This document shows, in pieces, positions 49,280 to 61,575 of a stretch of 64,000 nucleotides of DNA. Numbering within the stretch: the stretch's first letter is position 1; every line of letters starts with the position of its first letter. Source of the stretch: a bacterium. GTDB lineage: Bacteria; Hinthialibacterota; Hinthialibacteria; Hinthialibacterales; Hinthialibacteraceae. A model generated the notes under the pieces. That model was not told the DNA's origin, did not search any database, and worked only from the letters and a program-made list of their open reading frames with translations. Position numbers and translations under genes: made by a program. The stretch spans positions 320,001 through 384,000 of the forward strand of contig CAXXMV010000006.1 of NCBI GenBank assembly GCA_963662285.2, read 5' to 3'.

Positions 49280-52200
49280 ATGAAAATGGAGATAAAAGTT
49301 ATGTTACGAAAGAATGGATTCATTAAACAAGACAATCCACTGATTCTCCTGCTGGTTATCTTAGTCCTGAATTGGATTGTTTTAATGTGGCTGGGCTGGC
49401 ATGTGTATATGTCCTATCGTATAAATGAAACAACACTTGGCCAAAACTCAAAAATTGAAAGATTGCGTGGAACAATCATTCATCTTGATGAAATACTGAC
49501 TATGTCAGCGCGAATGACTGCCGTGACAGGTGATCTTAAATGGGAACAGCGTTACCGCCTATATGAACCACAATTGGATGCCGCAATCAAGGAAGCACTC
49601 GGTATAGCGCCTGAATTACAAAAAGGCGAAGCGGCTGCCAAAACGGATGCAGCTAATACAAAACTTATAGAGATGGAAAACCGCGCTTTTGATTTGATTC
49701 GTCAGGGCCGCATAAAAGAAGCCCAGACGGTTATGTTCGGCGATGAATATGAAACTGAGAAGAAAGTATATGCAGAAGGTATATCCACATTTGCATCTGG
49801 ACTTTCCGGTATCGTCGACGGCAGGTTGGAAGAAATGCAGCGTCGTGACGCTCTTGAAATTATTGCCGTACTGTTTCTGATTCCGCTTTTACTTATTGGC
49901 TGGTTTATTATGTTCCGAGCAATGCGCAGCTGGGCTGCTGACATGAAGGAGAAAAACCTCCTACTTTCCTCAAAAGCTGATGAAACTTTCAAGGAACTTA
50001 GAACCAGTGAAGAAAAATATCAAACAATCTGCAATTCGGCCCAGGATGCGATTCTAATGATGGATCCTTGCGGGAACGTTTCTTTCTGGAATCAATCCGC
50101 TGAACAAATATTCGGGTGGACGGAAGAAGAAATCATTGGTAAGAATCTTCACGACTTACTTTCACCTTTGCAATATCGTGAAATTCAACTGGAGGCATTC
50201 AAACGATTTCAGCAGACCGGTGAAGGAGCCGCCATCGGAAAGATGCTGGAATTATCGGCGATTCGAAAAGATACAACCGAGTTTCCCATCGAGATTTCGC
50301 TCTCTTCGGTACTATTAAAAGATCAATGGCATGCAATTGGAATAATCCGTGATATTTCCGCCCGAAAGGAAATTGAGAATCGACTGATAGAACGGGAAAA
50401 GTTCACAAATGAAATTATAAATTCTGTATTGACAGGCATCGTGATTGTGGAAGAAAGTACACACACAATCATAGAGATCAATAAAATCGGACAGGAAATA
50501 GTCGGACTTTCCCGTGAAGATATTATCGGCAGAGAATGCCATAATTTCATATGTCCTGCGGAGCGGGGACGATGTCCCATCTCGGATTTACATGAAGAAG
50601 TTTATTGTTCAGAGAAAAAACTGTTACGGCATGATGGACAACAGATTGATATTCTTAAAACGGCAACAACAATAAAACAAGGGAATAAAAAGTATATTCT
50701 AGGAAGTTTTCTCGATATCTCCGAACAGAAAAAAGCGGAAACTTTGATAAAGGATTCAGAACAAAAGTTTAAAACTTTGTATAATTCAACAAGTGATGCT
50801 GTCATGTTATTTGATGAAAATGGTTTCTTTGATTGCAATAAAGCAACCTTGAAAATATTTCAATGTCCAAGCCTTGAAGAATTCTGCAAAAAGCATCCTG
50901 CGGATTTATCTCCTCCTCTTCAGCCGTGCGGCGCGGATTCGTTGTTATTAGCCAATGAGAAAATATCGGCAGCAATTGAAACAGGAAGCAATCGATTTGA
51001 ATGGTTACATAAGAGTTTGAATGGTAAAGAATTTTATGCTGAAGTATTGCTTTCTGCAATGGAGTTGAATGGGAAACAAATACTACAGGCTGTTGTACGT
51101 GATATAACCGAGCGAAAGTTTGTTGAACAAGAACTAATTGAAACTAAGGAAGCCGCCGAAAAAGCCAACCTGGCGAAAAGTGAATTCCTGGCCAATATGA
51201 GTCATGAAATCCGTACGCCGATGAACGGGATTATTGGAATGGCCGATATACTTCTCGATACGGAGTTAACATCAAAACAAGCAGGTTATGTGGAAACGAT
51301 CACAAATTCTGCGAACTCATTATTGACTATTCTGAACGACATTCTCGATTATTCAAAAATTGAAGCCGGGAAACTTGAATTAGAACATATCATATTCGAT
51401 CTTCGTAAAATCGTTGAACAAATTGGGCAGTTGTTTTCATCTAAGACGCAGGAAAAAAATCTTGATCTGATCGTCCGGTATTCTCCCGATGCTCCTAATT
51501 CTTTCATTGGCGATCCAGGTCGAATTCAGCAAATTATATCAAATTTATTAGGCAACGCAGTAAAATTCACCGAGCGGGGATATGTGTTGATTGAAGTTGT
51601 CTTCGATTCGATCCGGGAAGATTCGGTCGATATTTGCATAAACATAAAAGACACCGGAATCGGCATAACAGAAGAACAACAAAAAGCTGTCTTTGAAAAG
51701 TTCATGCAAGCGGATAGTACGACAACGCGTAAATATGGTGGAACCGGTTTGGGACTGGCTATATGCAAACAATTAACTGAATTAATGCAAGGGACTATGA
51801 CGATTGAAAGTACGGAGGGGACCGGTTCAATCTTTTCATTACATTTGACTTTACCTAGGCATCAACAAACTGATGAAGTGATTTATTTAGAGAAGAATAT
51901 TGATGGAATCCGCGCTTTAATTGTGGATGACAATGATGTTAACCGTCAAATCCTTATGGAATATCTGAGCAAATGGAACATTCCGGCCATTGAAGCCCGT
52001 TCGGGATTCGAAGCGCTGGAACTACTATACATAAATCATCAAAACAATAATCCATGTGAAATCGCTCTCCTTGATTATCACATGCCAGGCATGGATGGTC
52101 AGGAACTCGCTCAGAGAATCAAGAAAGATCCCCGCATATCGGATACTATCCTCATACTGCTTTCGTCCAGTACTGTCAGAGGTGATTCCAGCCATCTAAA

Positions 52201-53167
52201 AATGGCGGGATTTTCCGCATGCCTCCGTAAACCTATCCGGTCTGCAGAACTGCTCGAAACTCTCAAGCGTTGTTGGTCCGTTCAACAAGACAGAGAATCC
52301 CGGGAAAGCACGCCCGTTCTGGAATTCGAAGAGAAACGGCAAGCAAGAGAAACCTCTAAAAAATATGATTTGAACGTTTTATTGGTGGAAGATAATCGCA
52401 CTAATCAGATGGTTGCAACTAATTTTTTAGAGTCGTTAGGGTGTAAAACCGATCTGGCGGAGAATGGCCGGGAAGCTGTCGAGCGGTATTCTCAAAATCA
52501 ATACGACTTGATTCTTATGGACTGTTCGATGCCGGTTATGGATGGATACGATGCAACCAGAGAAATTCGCTCACGGGAAGATGAAAACCGACATATTCCT
52601 ATTATTGCCATGACAGCTCATGCCATGGAAGGTGATAAAGAGAGATGCCTCGAGGCAGGAATGGATGATTATTTATCCAAACCTGTGCGTAAACAAAATC
52701 TAGAAACAATTCTATCGAAGTACGCCAGTAAAAAATCAGAACAACAAAACCAAGCCAGCGTTGAAAACGATTCTCTTGATCAATCTTATAATGAAGAGGA
52801 AACATCACCCGAAGGAGATCAATATCCTGATTTCGAGAGTGATCGTTTATTCAATGATATAGATCGTGACACAGATGTCATGAATGAAATTGTAGATGCT
52901 TTTTTAGAAGATACCCCTGTAATTATTAACAGATTGCAAAAGGCTCTTGAAAACGGGGAAATCGAGCAAGTTCAAAAAGCCGCCCACCAGTTAAAAGGCT
53001 CAGCCGCAAATTTAGGCGGAATGAAATTAAGTTATCTGGGAAGCCGGATCGAACAAGAAGCAAAACAAAACCAACTTAAACATTGTATGAATTTGTATCC
53101 ATTCTTATCCAATTCATTTGAACAATTGAAGAATAAACTCGATGAGCGAGAATGGGAAAATCAATAA
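49280..53167 (+). CDS. Unorthodox hybrid kinase: periplasmic helical sensor, 3 PAS, HisKA, HATPase, 2 REC, HPt
   Basis: [52 protein letters not shown]. Confidence 0.93.
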   Translation: MKMEIKVMLRKNGFIKQDNPLILLLVILVLNWIVLMWLGWHVYMSYRINETTLGQNSKIERLRGTIIHLDEILTMSARMTAVTGDLKWEQRYRLYEPQLDAAIKEALGIAPELQKGEAAAKTDAANTKLIEMENRAFDLIRQGRIKEAQTVMFGDEYETEKKVYAEGISTFASGLSGIVDGRLEEMQRRDALEIIAVLFLIPLLLIGWFIMFRAMRSWAADMKEKNLLLSSKADETFKELRTSEEKYQTICNSAQDAILMMDPCGNVSFWNQSAEQIFGWTEEEIIGKNLHDLLSPLQYREIQLEAFKRFQQTGEGAAIGKMLELSAIRKDTTEFPIEISLSSVLLKDQWHAIGIIRDISARKEIENRLIEREKFTNEIINSVLTGIVIVEESTHTIIEINKIGQEIVGLSREDIIGRECHNFICPAERGRCPISDLHEEVYCSEKKLLRHDGQQIDILKTATTIKQGNKKYILGSFLDISEQKKAETLIKDSEQKFKTLYNSTSDAVMLFDENGFFDCNKATLKIFQCPSLEEFCKKHPADLSPPLQPCGADSLLLANEKISAAIETGSNRFEWLHKSLNGKEFYAEVLLSAMELNGKQILQAVVRDITERKFVEQELIETKEAAEKANLAKSEFLANMSHEIRTPMNGIIGMADILLDTELTSKQAGYVETITNSANSLLTILNDILDYSKIEAGKLELEHIIFDLRKIVEQIGQLFSSKTQEKNLDLIVRYSPDAPNSFIGDPGRIQQIISNLLGNAVKFTERGYVLIEVVFDSIREDSVDICINIKDTGIGITEEQQKAVFEKFMQADSTTTRKYGGTGLGLAICKQLTELMQGTMTIESTEGTGSIFSLHLTLPRHQQTDEVIYLEKNIDGIRALIVDDNDVNRQILMEYLSKWNIPAIEARSGFEALELLYINHQNNNPCEIALLDYHMPGMDGQELAQRIKKDPRISDTILILLSSSTVRGDSSHLKMAGFSACLRKPIRSAELLETLKRCWSVQQDRESRESTPVLEFEEKRQARETSKKYDLNVLLVEDNRTNQMVATNFLESLGCKTDLAENGREAVERYSQNQYDLILMDCSMPVMDGYDATREIRSREDENRHIPIIAMTAHAMEGDKERCLEAGMDDYLSKPVRKQNLETILSKYASKKSEQQNQASVENDSLDQSYNEEETSPEGDQYPDFESDRLFNDIDRDTDVMNEIVDAFLEDTPVIINRLQKALENGEIEQVQKAAHQLKGSAANLGGMKLSYLGSRIEQEAKQNQLKHCMNLYPFLSNSFEQLKNKLDEREWENQ

Positions 53168-54480
53168 TCAAGCCGCTTGGATCATAAGAAGCGTGATTTT
53201 AGGAAAAGCATTATGAAACTTTTAATCGCTGATGACGACAGACCAACTCGCATTAAAATGCTTCGCATGATTGAAAAGTGGGGATATGAAGTCATTGAAG
53301 CGGATAATGGTAAGGCGGCCCTGGATATACTGACATCACCCGATCCTCCCCGTATTGCTTTACTTGATTGGATCATGCCGGAAATGGAAGGAGTGCAGGT
53401 TTGTAATGCTATCACCAAAAATAAACAAATTCCACTCATTTATCGGATTCTTATAACATCGAAGCAAGAGAAAGAAGATATTGTCACCGCGTTGGATAGC
53501 GGCGCTCATGATTTCCTGTCAAAACCGGTGGACAACCGGGAACTTAGAAGCCGGATTGCTGTGGGCGAGAGACTCATTCAAGCGGAAGATAATCTGAAAG
53601 AAAGTCAACGGCAACTTTCAACATTAATGAGTAATTTACCCGGGATGGCTTATCGATGCATTTATGATCGAAGCAGACCGATCGAATTTATCAGTAATGG
53701 GTGTTTGCCTCTAACCGGGACTCCTTCAGAAGAATGGGAGCAAAAGGAAAATCAAAGATATTCCGATATAATATATCCCGATGATCGTGAATCGGTTTGG
53801 AATGAAATTCAAGAAGCAGTATCAATGCGTATGCCTTTTCAATGTACGTATCGAATTCAAACTCCAGATAATCAAATCAAATGGGTATGGGAACAAGGCC
53901 GGGGTATTTTTGGAGATGGGCAAGAACCATTGGCATTGGAGGGATTTGTAGCGGATATCACTGAACGGAAGCGGATGGAAGAATCCTTGATCGAATCGCA
54001 AAAAATGAAGGCGATTGCCCGGTTGGCTGGTGGAATAGCGCATGATTACAACAATTATTTTATGATTATCCACTTTTATACAGAATCCCTATTGAAATCC
54101 ATTCCTGCTGAATTAGATATCAGGGAGGATGTTGAAACCATCCGGGAAATTGGGCAACGCGCTTCTTCTTTATCAAAAAACCTTCTTGCCTTCAGTCGAA
54201 ACCAATCTGTCAAAATCGAAGAAATGAATATACATTCTTTTATTCTCGAATTAGAGAAAACACTCTCCCCTCTATTGCCAGAAACCATACGGCTTGAAAT
54301 TATTTCCTCTGATGAAGCAGGAGTGATCCGAGCCAATCCCGGACAAATAGAACAAATTATCATGAATCTTGTGTTAAACGCCCGTGATGCAATTGAGAAT
54401 GAAGGATTAATCACAATTCGGTCGCAAAACATTGATAGACCCGATGGAAGCCTTGATTCATCAAAACTTTCAGGCCCTTA

Positions 54481-55772
54481 GGAATTGTCCATAATTAAGT
54501 TGAACATTTAGGGGTTATATAATAGTTCCATTCCCCATGAAAATCATTTGTGAATAAATTTATATTTTGTAGTTCTTCATCCGTAATTTTAATACCTTTT
54601 TCGTATTTATTAGTATCAAGTTCGACCATAATATTTAAACCGTTTTTTGTAGTCGTGCTACCAATGAGATTTACAATTACCTCATGGCTAATCAAAGGTT
54701 TTCCTCTCCAATTCATACTTATGTGAGAAAACATGCGGTGTTCAATCTTATTCCATTTGCTGGTTCCTGGAGGGAAATGACACACGGATATTTTTAAGCC
54801 CGTTTCAGTCGATAAATTCTGCAAGGCGATTTTCCACAAACGAACACGGTAGCCATTGCTCCCTCCACAATCGGCTGTTATCAAAAGTTCTTTTGCTTTT
54901 GGATAAGCATTCCTGCCCATTTTATTCCACCAACGGCGAATCGTTTCGACTGCAAATTCAGCTGTATCGTGATCCGTGCCGACGCTCACCCAACCTTTAT
55001 CTGCCGTTTGGTCATAGACGCCATAGGGATTTACTTTGCCTTTTTCTTTATCTACAAAATCATACACGCGAACCGATTCAGGCTTACCCTTTGGACACCA
55101 TTCACGCCCTTTGTTTATGAAGTCTCCGACGAGTTCTTTTTTCTTGGTATCCACAGAAATAACAGGTTGCTTTCGACGCTGCAACTGAGCAACTCGCGCA
55201 CAAATAAAATGGAATTGTGCGTCTCGATCAGGATGTTGTTTTCCCTCTTTCGTCTTGTTGTTCGCTTGTAAACTGTAGCCTAATTCAGCCAGAAGATGTG
55301 CAACTTTTTGGCGTTCAATTGCATGACCTTGCTCTTGCAGGGCCGCCGCAAGTTGGCGAACACTTTTACATGTCCAACGTAGCGGGGACTCGGGGTCGCC
55401 ACGTGTTGATGGCTCTACTAATTGTTCAAGGTCATTCAATACCGTTGAGTCGGTTTCAGTAATTGGTTTTCGACCCCCTCCAGAAGAACGTATTCGACCA
55501 ACTTTTTCGGGAGAAAGATAGTCCGATTCAAAAAGATTTTTAATCCCCTGGTGAATGGTTGTACGTGATAGTCCTGTAACTCTGGACACAACGGAAATCC
55601 CGCCATGACCTAGCGATTTTGCTTCCGTCGCCGCCCAAAGTCGTCGCGATTGTTCATCCAATATTGGCTTGAGCAACATGTATTTTTCTTGTATAGTAAT
55701 TTCCGCATCTTTATACATGTAGTAATTATAGCATGGGTAATATATATGTTCAAGTTATTTATGGACAAATCC
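54481..55772 (-). mobile_element. ISAzo13-family insertion sequence, complete
   Basis: 27-bp inverted repeats GGAATTGTCCATAATTAAGTTGAACAT and GGATTTGTCCATAAATAACTTGAACAT (24/27 match); TTA target duplication at 54478-54480 and 55773-55775. Confidence 0.93.
54495..55718 (-). CDS. ISAzo13-family DDE transposase
   Basis: GDPESPLRWT, ISVDTKKKELVG, ITADCGGSNG, PPGTSKWNKIEHRMFS. Confidence 0.95.
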   Translation of the reverse strand: MYKDAEITIQEKYMLLKPILDEQSRRLWAATEAKSLGHGGISVVSRVTGLSRTTIHQGIKNLFESDYLSPEKVGRIRSSGGGRKPITETDSTVLNDLEQLVEPSTRGDPESPLRWTCKSVRQLAAALQEQGHAIERQKVAHLLAELGYSLQANNKTKEGKQHPDRDAQFHFICARVAQLQRRKQPVISVDTKKKELVGDFINKGREWCPKGKPESVRVYDFVDKEKGKVNPYGVYDQTADKGWVSVGTDHDTAEFAVETIRRWWNKMGRNAYPKAKELLITADCGGSNGYRVRLWKIALQNLSTETGLKISVCHFPPGTSKWNKIEHRMFSHISMNWRGKPLISHEVIVNLIGSTTTKNGLNIMVELDTNKYEKGIKITDEELQNINLFTNDFHGEWNYYITPKCST

Positions 55773-56063
55773 TTATGTGGAAATTTCTGTTGAAGATTCA
55801 GGAGTGGGTATCGAGGAGGATAAAAAAAATCAAATTTTTGAACCGTTTTTTACAACAAAAGAATCAGGGAATGAAACCGGATTAGGATTATCCATTGTAT
55901 TTGGAATCGTAACACAACTCGGCGGTATGATTGATGTTGAAAGTGAAAAAGGAAAAGGTACATTATTTAAACTCTTGTTCTCACGCATTATCCATGATGT
56001 ATAATCATAGAAGGGCTAAGAAATGCAGACATAAATAATGCATGTGATAAAGGATAAATAATT

Positions 56064-56453
56064 ATGACGAATAAATATCACTTAAAGGCTAAGACTGTTC
56101 TTATTGTTGATGACGACCGGGTTATACGATTGATTCTAAGAAAGCATTTATCGAAATTAGGCATGGTAATAGTCGGTGAAGCTGCGACTGGACTTGATGG
56201 AGCCTATATGTTCGACAAATATCACCCAGACGTTGTTTTACTGGACGTCCAATTACCCAAAGGGAGTGGACTAACAATTCTCAAACTCATACACGAAATT
56301 AATCCAAAAGCAGTCGTCATTATGCTTACTGGCGATACGTCTGAAGATGTTATTAAAACCGCCATCAATTTAGGCGCGTATGACTATATTTCTAAAAGAG
56401 CCAATGATCTTCCCGAACGTCTTGCTGAATCATTATTAAAAACAATCAAGTAA
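56064..56453 (+). CDS. Single-domain CheY-like response regulator
   Basis: VLIVDDD, VLLDVQLP, IMLTG, YISK. Confidence 0.9.
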   Translation: MTNKYHLKAKTVLIVDDDRVIRLILRKHLSKLGMVIVGEAATGLDGAYMFDKYHPDVVLLDVQLPKGSGLTILKLIHEINPKAVVIMLTGDTSEDVIKTAINLGAYDYISKRANDLPERLAESLLKTIK

Positions 56454-56943
56454 TTGTATTTTGCGCATGCAGATTGAATAGTTTATGTATATTCAGGGTG
56501 AAAAGTGAATTCTGCTAAATGATGAACCGAGAACGCGACTGGCTAACAAAGGGAAATAACTACGGGACTTGCAAGGGATTGCTTGAATATGTCCATATCA
56601 ATCGGAATTTGATCTGATCGAACCGTTTTTCAAGACTCGCGCAACCATTCATGATGAATTTCACATAGTCCTCCTGTTCAAGATTGGATGACTGGATTCT
56701 ACAATGAGGATGAGCTATATATTCAACTGTAGTGTACGAGAATTATATTGGATATTCAAAAACAGTTGAGCAGGATTAGTTTTAGCGCTGTGCAGCCTTA
56801 AAAACAGTTGAAAATTCTTGGTTATTATATAAAACTATGTGGGTTCTATGTTTATGGGTTGTGAAAATTGATTAGATTTTTAGAAAAAAAACTGGATTAT
56901 TTAAATTTTCTGGCTATATCTATATATAACCATGCATTAGGCT

Positions 56944-59900
56944 ATGTCTTACGTTACTAGTTCAAAGGGGAGGGCTATCATGACCTTGAGGATTGTAGGG
57001 TTGAATGGCGGATTAGGCGTGGCGCAAAGAATAATATCAGTCGTGAAGACGCTTTTTACAATCTTTCTACCACTCACTTTTTTATATGCTATATCCGCCA
57101 ATGCCCAGATTCCGCCGATAAAAACCCCGGTTCCAATCATCCACACTCCAACGCCAACTCCGATTGTTATACGCACTTCCGACCTGGAAATTTCTGACTT
57201 GGAAATCAAAGAATCACTATTGATAGCCTCTACTATGGAAGAAGCGGTTCTCCCCATATCATTAATTGTCACGAAAACAAACATTACGGATATCTCTACA
57301 TTAACGATCAAATTTTCACTTTTGGATTCCGGTGGTATAGAAGACGCATCATGGACTATCAGCATCCCGGAAATATCCGTCCTCGAAACCACCAACAAGT
57401 TGGAACTTGATCTGCCGCTGACTGATTTTACTCCTCTGGGAATAGATAGTTATACATTGATCGCAGTGGCTGAACTTAAAAGCCTGATTTCAGAAAAAAA
57501 TAAGGGAAACAACACGACTAGATCTATTGCTACGGATCTGCTGCAGACCAGCGGAACGCTCTGGTTCGGATCGATTCAGACCACTCTTGATCCGAGCACC
57601 GTTTTTACGATTTCGCCAACAATGTTAAACGGCGCGGCTCAATTCGGCGACCAAACCGTATCTTTCGGTTCGCTGACTGTTGATCGCGATTCATCCACTC
57701 TCGATCTTAATGTCATATCTGGAACAGCCACATTTCCTGATATCGATCCTCATACAAGCAATGATTGGGATTATCAACTGACGGATTGCTATTTGAGCAA
57801 AGACGGAGCGTTCGCCAACGCAGCGCTCTATTTTCCCGAAACTGTTTCGTATCGATTGGCTTCTACTTCAGGTCACGCGTTTCGAAAATATCCACTCGAT
57901 CTGGGTGAACAGGCTTTAGATCAAGACCTGGCTCTGATTGAAACCGAAATAGAAATCACTGAAAGCATTGTATTGTATTCCGAAACGCTGCCTCTTTATT
58001 TCAATGGCGACTCAGCTCTTTTCGAACCTGTGGGCAGTTTGTCATTAGTAAATCCAACCGCAAAATACGTACATGCATCCCGTATCGCTATCCCTTCAGG
58101 CGACCGCGCCACTAATGACGGTATGTTTAAGACAAGTTGGAGTACTGGCGCTATCAGTGTTACTGCCTCTGGACTACAAACTGATTTGACAGGCGCTTCA
58201 GGCCAATACCGCCCGGCGTTTCCCCATAAAACCGATGTCGTCCACGGAGATGTGAGCGTGGCGATTAGGGATGGTTCAATCGACCCATCCAGTTCGATCT
58301 CGTCATTGGAGTTAAAGCAAACATCGGGAACCAGCGCCTGTGAAGGTTCTGAAGCCGAACTGACATCGCAATTCGTATTCGATGATTCCGTCTCTCTTGC
58401 TCTCGATGGAGGTATTGCTCACCAAGCCGATATGTCGTCTTCATATACATTCGCGTTCAACACCTGCATAGGTGAAACACTGAGCCTGGCGGCCTGGTAT
58501 CAACCCGGTTTTATTCTGCGTACCACGGCGCCCTCCAGCGCGCTTGATGAGGTTGACCGTTATCTCCTGGCTGGTCGTTCCACGACGTCCATTGATTTGT
58601 ATTATTACGGTGAAGAGTCATTCGTGGCGGGAGAGGGCTATTACGCCGGGATCAATTTCATGCCCGACCACCTGACTGGTATGGCCGTTACTGTTGATAT
58701 CGGCGATGACTCACTCGGTATTACGCTTAACGAAGGAAGCAAGTTTTACATCCGGGGAGGCGGCTATACCGGAACGCTTGATGGAACCCTTGGAGCGGAT
58801 ACTAATTTAGAGCTCTATCCCGATCCACAATGTAGTAATCAGGGATATCAGATAGAACTCACTTCATTCGGGCAAGCTTATCTGGACAACGAATCCGAAG
58901 GGTTGGACTCGAAGATCGACGGGGAGGTCGATATTCCTTTCCCCTCTCAGATCAACATTCCCTTCGATGATATGACGCTAAGTCCATGCGGAAACTTCAC
59001 ATCCGGACAAATCCCCGAAGATGAACAGAACGTCACTCGTACGCTGGCTTATTGGCTCGCGGATCTGCGCCTTTCAACTATTGAGTTCGAACTACGTGAA
59101 GAAAGTTCACCCGACGATGACCGCACATTGTGGATATCCTCCGTCAATCATGTGGATGGTCTTGATACCGATCCATTGATGCAAATCAACCTTCGGCCTT
59201 GCGGAACGATTGCCAAGTCGATGGCAGCCGAGCCAGTTGATACTGCGTTAGATGGATATGGAACAACAATCGAAATATTATACTTGACTGAATATGATCC
59301 AAACGATGGAACGACGCCTAATGGTTTCTATTCGTTCATCAACTCATTGGACGTGCCGTTTTTCGATCCGCCCCGCGTACATAGCCAAATCCGTCCTGAT
59401 ACGCACCGTCTGGCGGATGGTTCGCCTTGGGACGACAGTACCAACGCCGACTCGGATGGCGATGGTTGGCCGGACAATTATTCTCCGAATGCAAGCGACA
59501 GTCTCAGCGATCAGTTTTATAATTACAGCGCTGACCGTTTGATTACAATGCATACGGAAATCGGCGGCGTGATTCCTTTGAATTACGAAGTCAAATACAA
59601 TCCTTCCGACATGTCGTTCAAATCGAGCGAAAGCATCGGGCAGGATTTGCTCGTTATTGATATTGATTCCGAAATCAGAAATCTTAATCAGACCCATGCG
59701 GAAATAACTTTCGGTCTGGAGGTATCGGGAATACCCGAAATCAATTTCTCCAGTCTGGCTGGTGATTTCAGCGATGATATCCAGGAACTAATCTTCGACG
59801 CCATTCGCGACAAACTGGACGAAGTTTCAGAATCGCTCACTGGCGATATGTCAGGAACATTGCGCCCGATTCTAAAGCAATTAATTCAACCTCATGTAGA

Positions 59901-61575
59901 AAACGCGGTTGATTCTATTCAAGGTTACGTCGACAAAGCGCCGGACATTCAATCAGTATATGAAATAGAGGTGGACTTGCAGACGGTCGTCGATCAGATG
60001 CTGAGCAACATCGATCTCGAACATGCCTTCGACGCCACTGGCGCAGACGATATGCTGACCGAAATTATCGCTGTGATCGACGAGGTCGTTGCGATTCTGG
60101 AAGATATCAGCGATGCCGTACAAGTAAGTATTGATGACCTGGACGGATTGGCTGAAGACCTGGTCGAACTTGCGCTCGATATTCTCAATATGGCGACGGA
60201 AATCGATATCTATGAAGTTCTAGACAACATAGAGGAAGTGCAACAGCAAATCGCCGAACCTCTCGCTGAAATCATCGACGTTTTAAATGAAGCAAAAAGT
60301 TATCTCAATGATCCGCTGTCACTCTCTTCGACCTATTTCGGCGATCTTCCCGCTTTGAGAGCGAGCATCGACGCCAGCGTGGCTGATTACCTGTTAGAAA
60401 TGACGGTTGATCAAGTGAATACGCTGGATGCTGAAGAGATCACCAACCTGATCCTCGACGGTATCTTCAATAGCGATATGTTCCAGGAATTTAATTCGTT
60501 CGCGTCGGGGCTGCTTATTCCAGTTAAGGAAATGCTCTACGAACAGGCTAACAATCTACTCGATAAATTAAACGATCTGGTTGATAAATTTCTGGAAGAA
60601 GCGCTGGACTTTACCGAAGGCGCGGAAGGCGCGTTTAAGAACCTGAGCAAATTCAAAGGCGCAGAGATGGAAGGCTACGCCGTAATATCCGGCGACGTTC
60701 TTGAAAAACTCCATATCGACGCCTCGCTGGAATTGGAAATCCCTGATGAGATGACCTTTGGCGGTTATCTGGATATCACTCGTTATGAAGTTGAGAGTGC
60801 AGGCAAGTCATGTTTTGACGATTTTGATTCAGGGGCTGTATTGGATATTAGAATCGGCGCCGAGGATATCAGCCTGAATTGGGGCGCATCGGATCTGTCT
60901 GCTACTATCGAATTCGCCTTAATGCTTTACAACGGTAAACCAGTCAACGTCGGCGGCAGCATTATTACCGAAGGCAGTTTGGATTTCGAGACAGTCACCT
61001 TCAGTGATCTGGGATTCGGCATCGCCATTGGTGAAATAGAAAATTACATCTGGGCTATGGGCAGCGGCTCGTTCAACGATTACACGGTGGATGGAGGCAT
61101 ATTCCTCGGTACTTGTTGTACGCTCGAACCGCTTGAGATTATTGATCCCCAGGTCGCATCGCTTTTGACCATCGACGAGATGAGCGGCGTGTTCGCTAAA
61201 GTTGGGGCGTCGATCCCGATCTATAACTACGGTTGTACGCTACGCGTCGCCGCTGAAGCGGAGATCGGGGCGTGGTATTTCGCTGAAGGCCCCACCTATG
61301 GCGGTAAATTAGTTGCTGGCGCCTATGGAGAAGGTCTCTGTCTTGTCTCCGTTAAAGGCGAGATTACATTGATCGGCGGCAAAGAAGGTTCGGACTATTT
61401 CTTCTATGGAGAGGCCTGGGTTGCGGGAGGTACGGGATTCTGTGAGCCGGAAGAATGGGACACGCTGAGCGATGCATTGAACGACAAATGGTGTCTGGCC
61501 TGCGGGGCTTCGCTCTCACTGACTTATAAGCAGGAAGAATGGGATGTCGATTATGATGCTAAATGCAATGAATAA
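56944..61575 (+). CDS. Very large acidic secreted protein of unknown function
   Basis: 1543-aa ORF with a signal peptide ending ANA-Q and a PTPTP linker, then a beta-rich body, DSDGDG loop, helical block and Gly/aromatic beta C-terminus. The true start is probably slightly downstream. Confidence 0.8.
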   Translation: MSYVTSSKGRAIMTLRIVGLNGGLGVAQRIISVVKTLFTIFLPLTFLYAISANAQIPPIKTPVPIIHTPTPTPIVIRTSDLEISDLEIKESLLIASTMEEAVLPISLIVTKTNITDISTLTIKFSLLDSGGIEDASWTISIPEISVLETTNKLELDLPLTDFTPLGIDSYTLIAVAELKSLISEKNKGNNTTRSIATDLLQTSGTLWFGSIQTTLDPSTVFTISPTMLNGAAQFGDQTVSFGSLTVDRDSSTLDLNVISGTATFPDIDPHTSNDWDYQLTDCYLSKDGAFANAALYFPETVSYRLASTSGHAFRKYPLDLGEQALDQDLALIETEIEITESIVLYSETLPLYFNGDSALFEPVGSLSLVNPTAKYVHASRIAIPSGDRATNDGMFKTSWSTGAISVTASGLQTDLTGASGQYRPAFPHKTDVVHGDVSVAIRDGSIDPSSSISSLELKQTSGTSACEGSEAELTSQFVFDDSVSLALDGGIAHQADMSSSYTFAFNTCIGETLSLAAWYQPGFILRTTAPSSALDEVDRYLLAGRSTTSIDLYYYGEESFVAGEGYYAGINFMPDHLTGMAVTVDIGDDSLGITLNEGSKFYIRGGGYTGTLDGTLGADTNLELYPDPQCSNQGYQIELTSFGQAYLDNESEGLDSKIDGEVDIPFPSQINIPFDDMTLSPCGNFTSGQIPEDEQNVTRTLAYWLADLRLSTIEFELREESSPDDDRTLWISSVNHVDGLDTDPLMQINLRPCGTIAKSMAAEPVDTALDGYGTTIEILYLTEYDPNDGTTPNGFYSFINSLDVPFFDPPRVHSQIRPDTHRLADGSPWDDSTNADSDGDGWPDNYSPNASDSLSDQFYNYSADRLITMHTEIGGVIPLNYEVKYNPSDMSFKSSESIGQDLLVIDIDSEIRNLNQTHAEITFGLEVSGIPEINFSSLAGDFSDDIQELIFDAIRDKLDEVSESLTGDMSGTLRPILKQLIQPHVENAVDSIQGYVDKAPDIQSVYEIEVDLQTVVDQMLSNIDLEHAFDATGADDMLTEIIAVIDEVVAILEDISDAVQVSIDDLDGLAEDLVELALDILNMATEIDIYEVLDNIEEVQQQIAEPLAEIIDVLNEAKSYLNDPLSLSSTYFGDLPALRASIDASVADYLLEMTVDQVNTLDAEEITNLILDGIFNSDMFQEFNSFASGLLIPVKEMLYEQANNLLDKLNDLVDKFLEEALDFTEGAEGAFKNLSKFKGAEMEGYAVISGDVLEKLHIDASLELEIPDEMTFGGYLDITRYEVESAGKSCFDDFDSGAVLDIRIGAEDISLNWGASDLSATIEFALMLYNGKPVNVGGSIITEGSLDFETVTFSDLGFGIAIGEIENYIWAMGSGSFNDYTVDGGIFLGTCCTLEPLEIIDPQVASLLTIDEMSGVFAKVGASIPIYNYGCTLRVAAEAEIGAWYFAEGPTYGGKLVAGAYGEGLCLVSVKGEITLIGGKEGSDYFFYGEAWVAGGTGFCEPEEWDTLSDALNDKWCLACGASLSLTYKQEEWDVDYDAKCNE

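Larger units (their letters stand above)
53213..56004 (+). pseudogene. REC-PAS-HisKA-HATPase kinase interrupted by an IS (parts 53213-54480 and 55776-56004)
   Basis: Removing 54481-55775 restores the in-frame reading ...KLSGP-Y-VEISVEDSGVG... Confidence 0.9.

Noticed and set aside
56520-56815. Possible transposase-like remnant (PYQSEFDLIEPFF) and repeated AAAAACAGTTGA
   Set aside because: Too short and degenerate to assign
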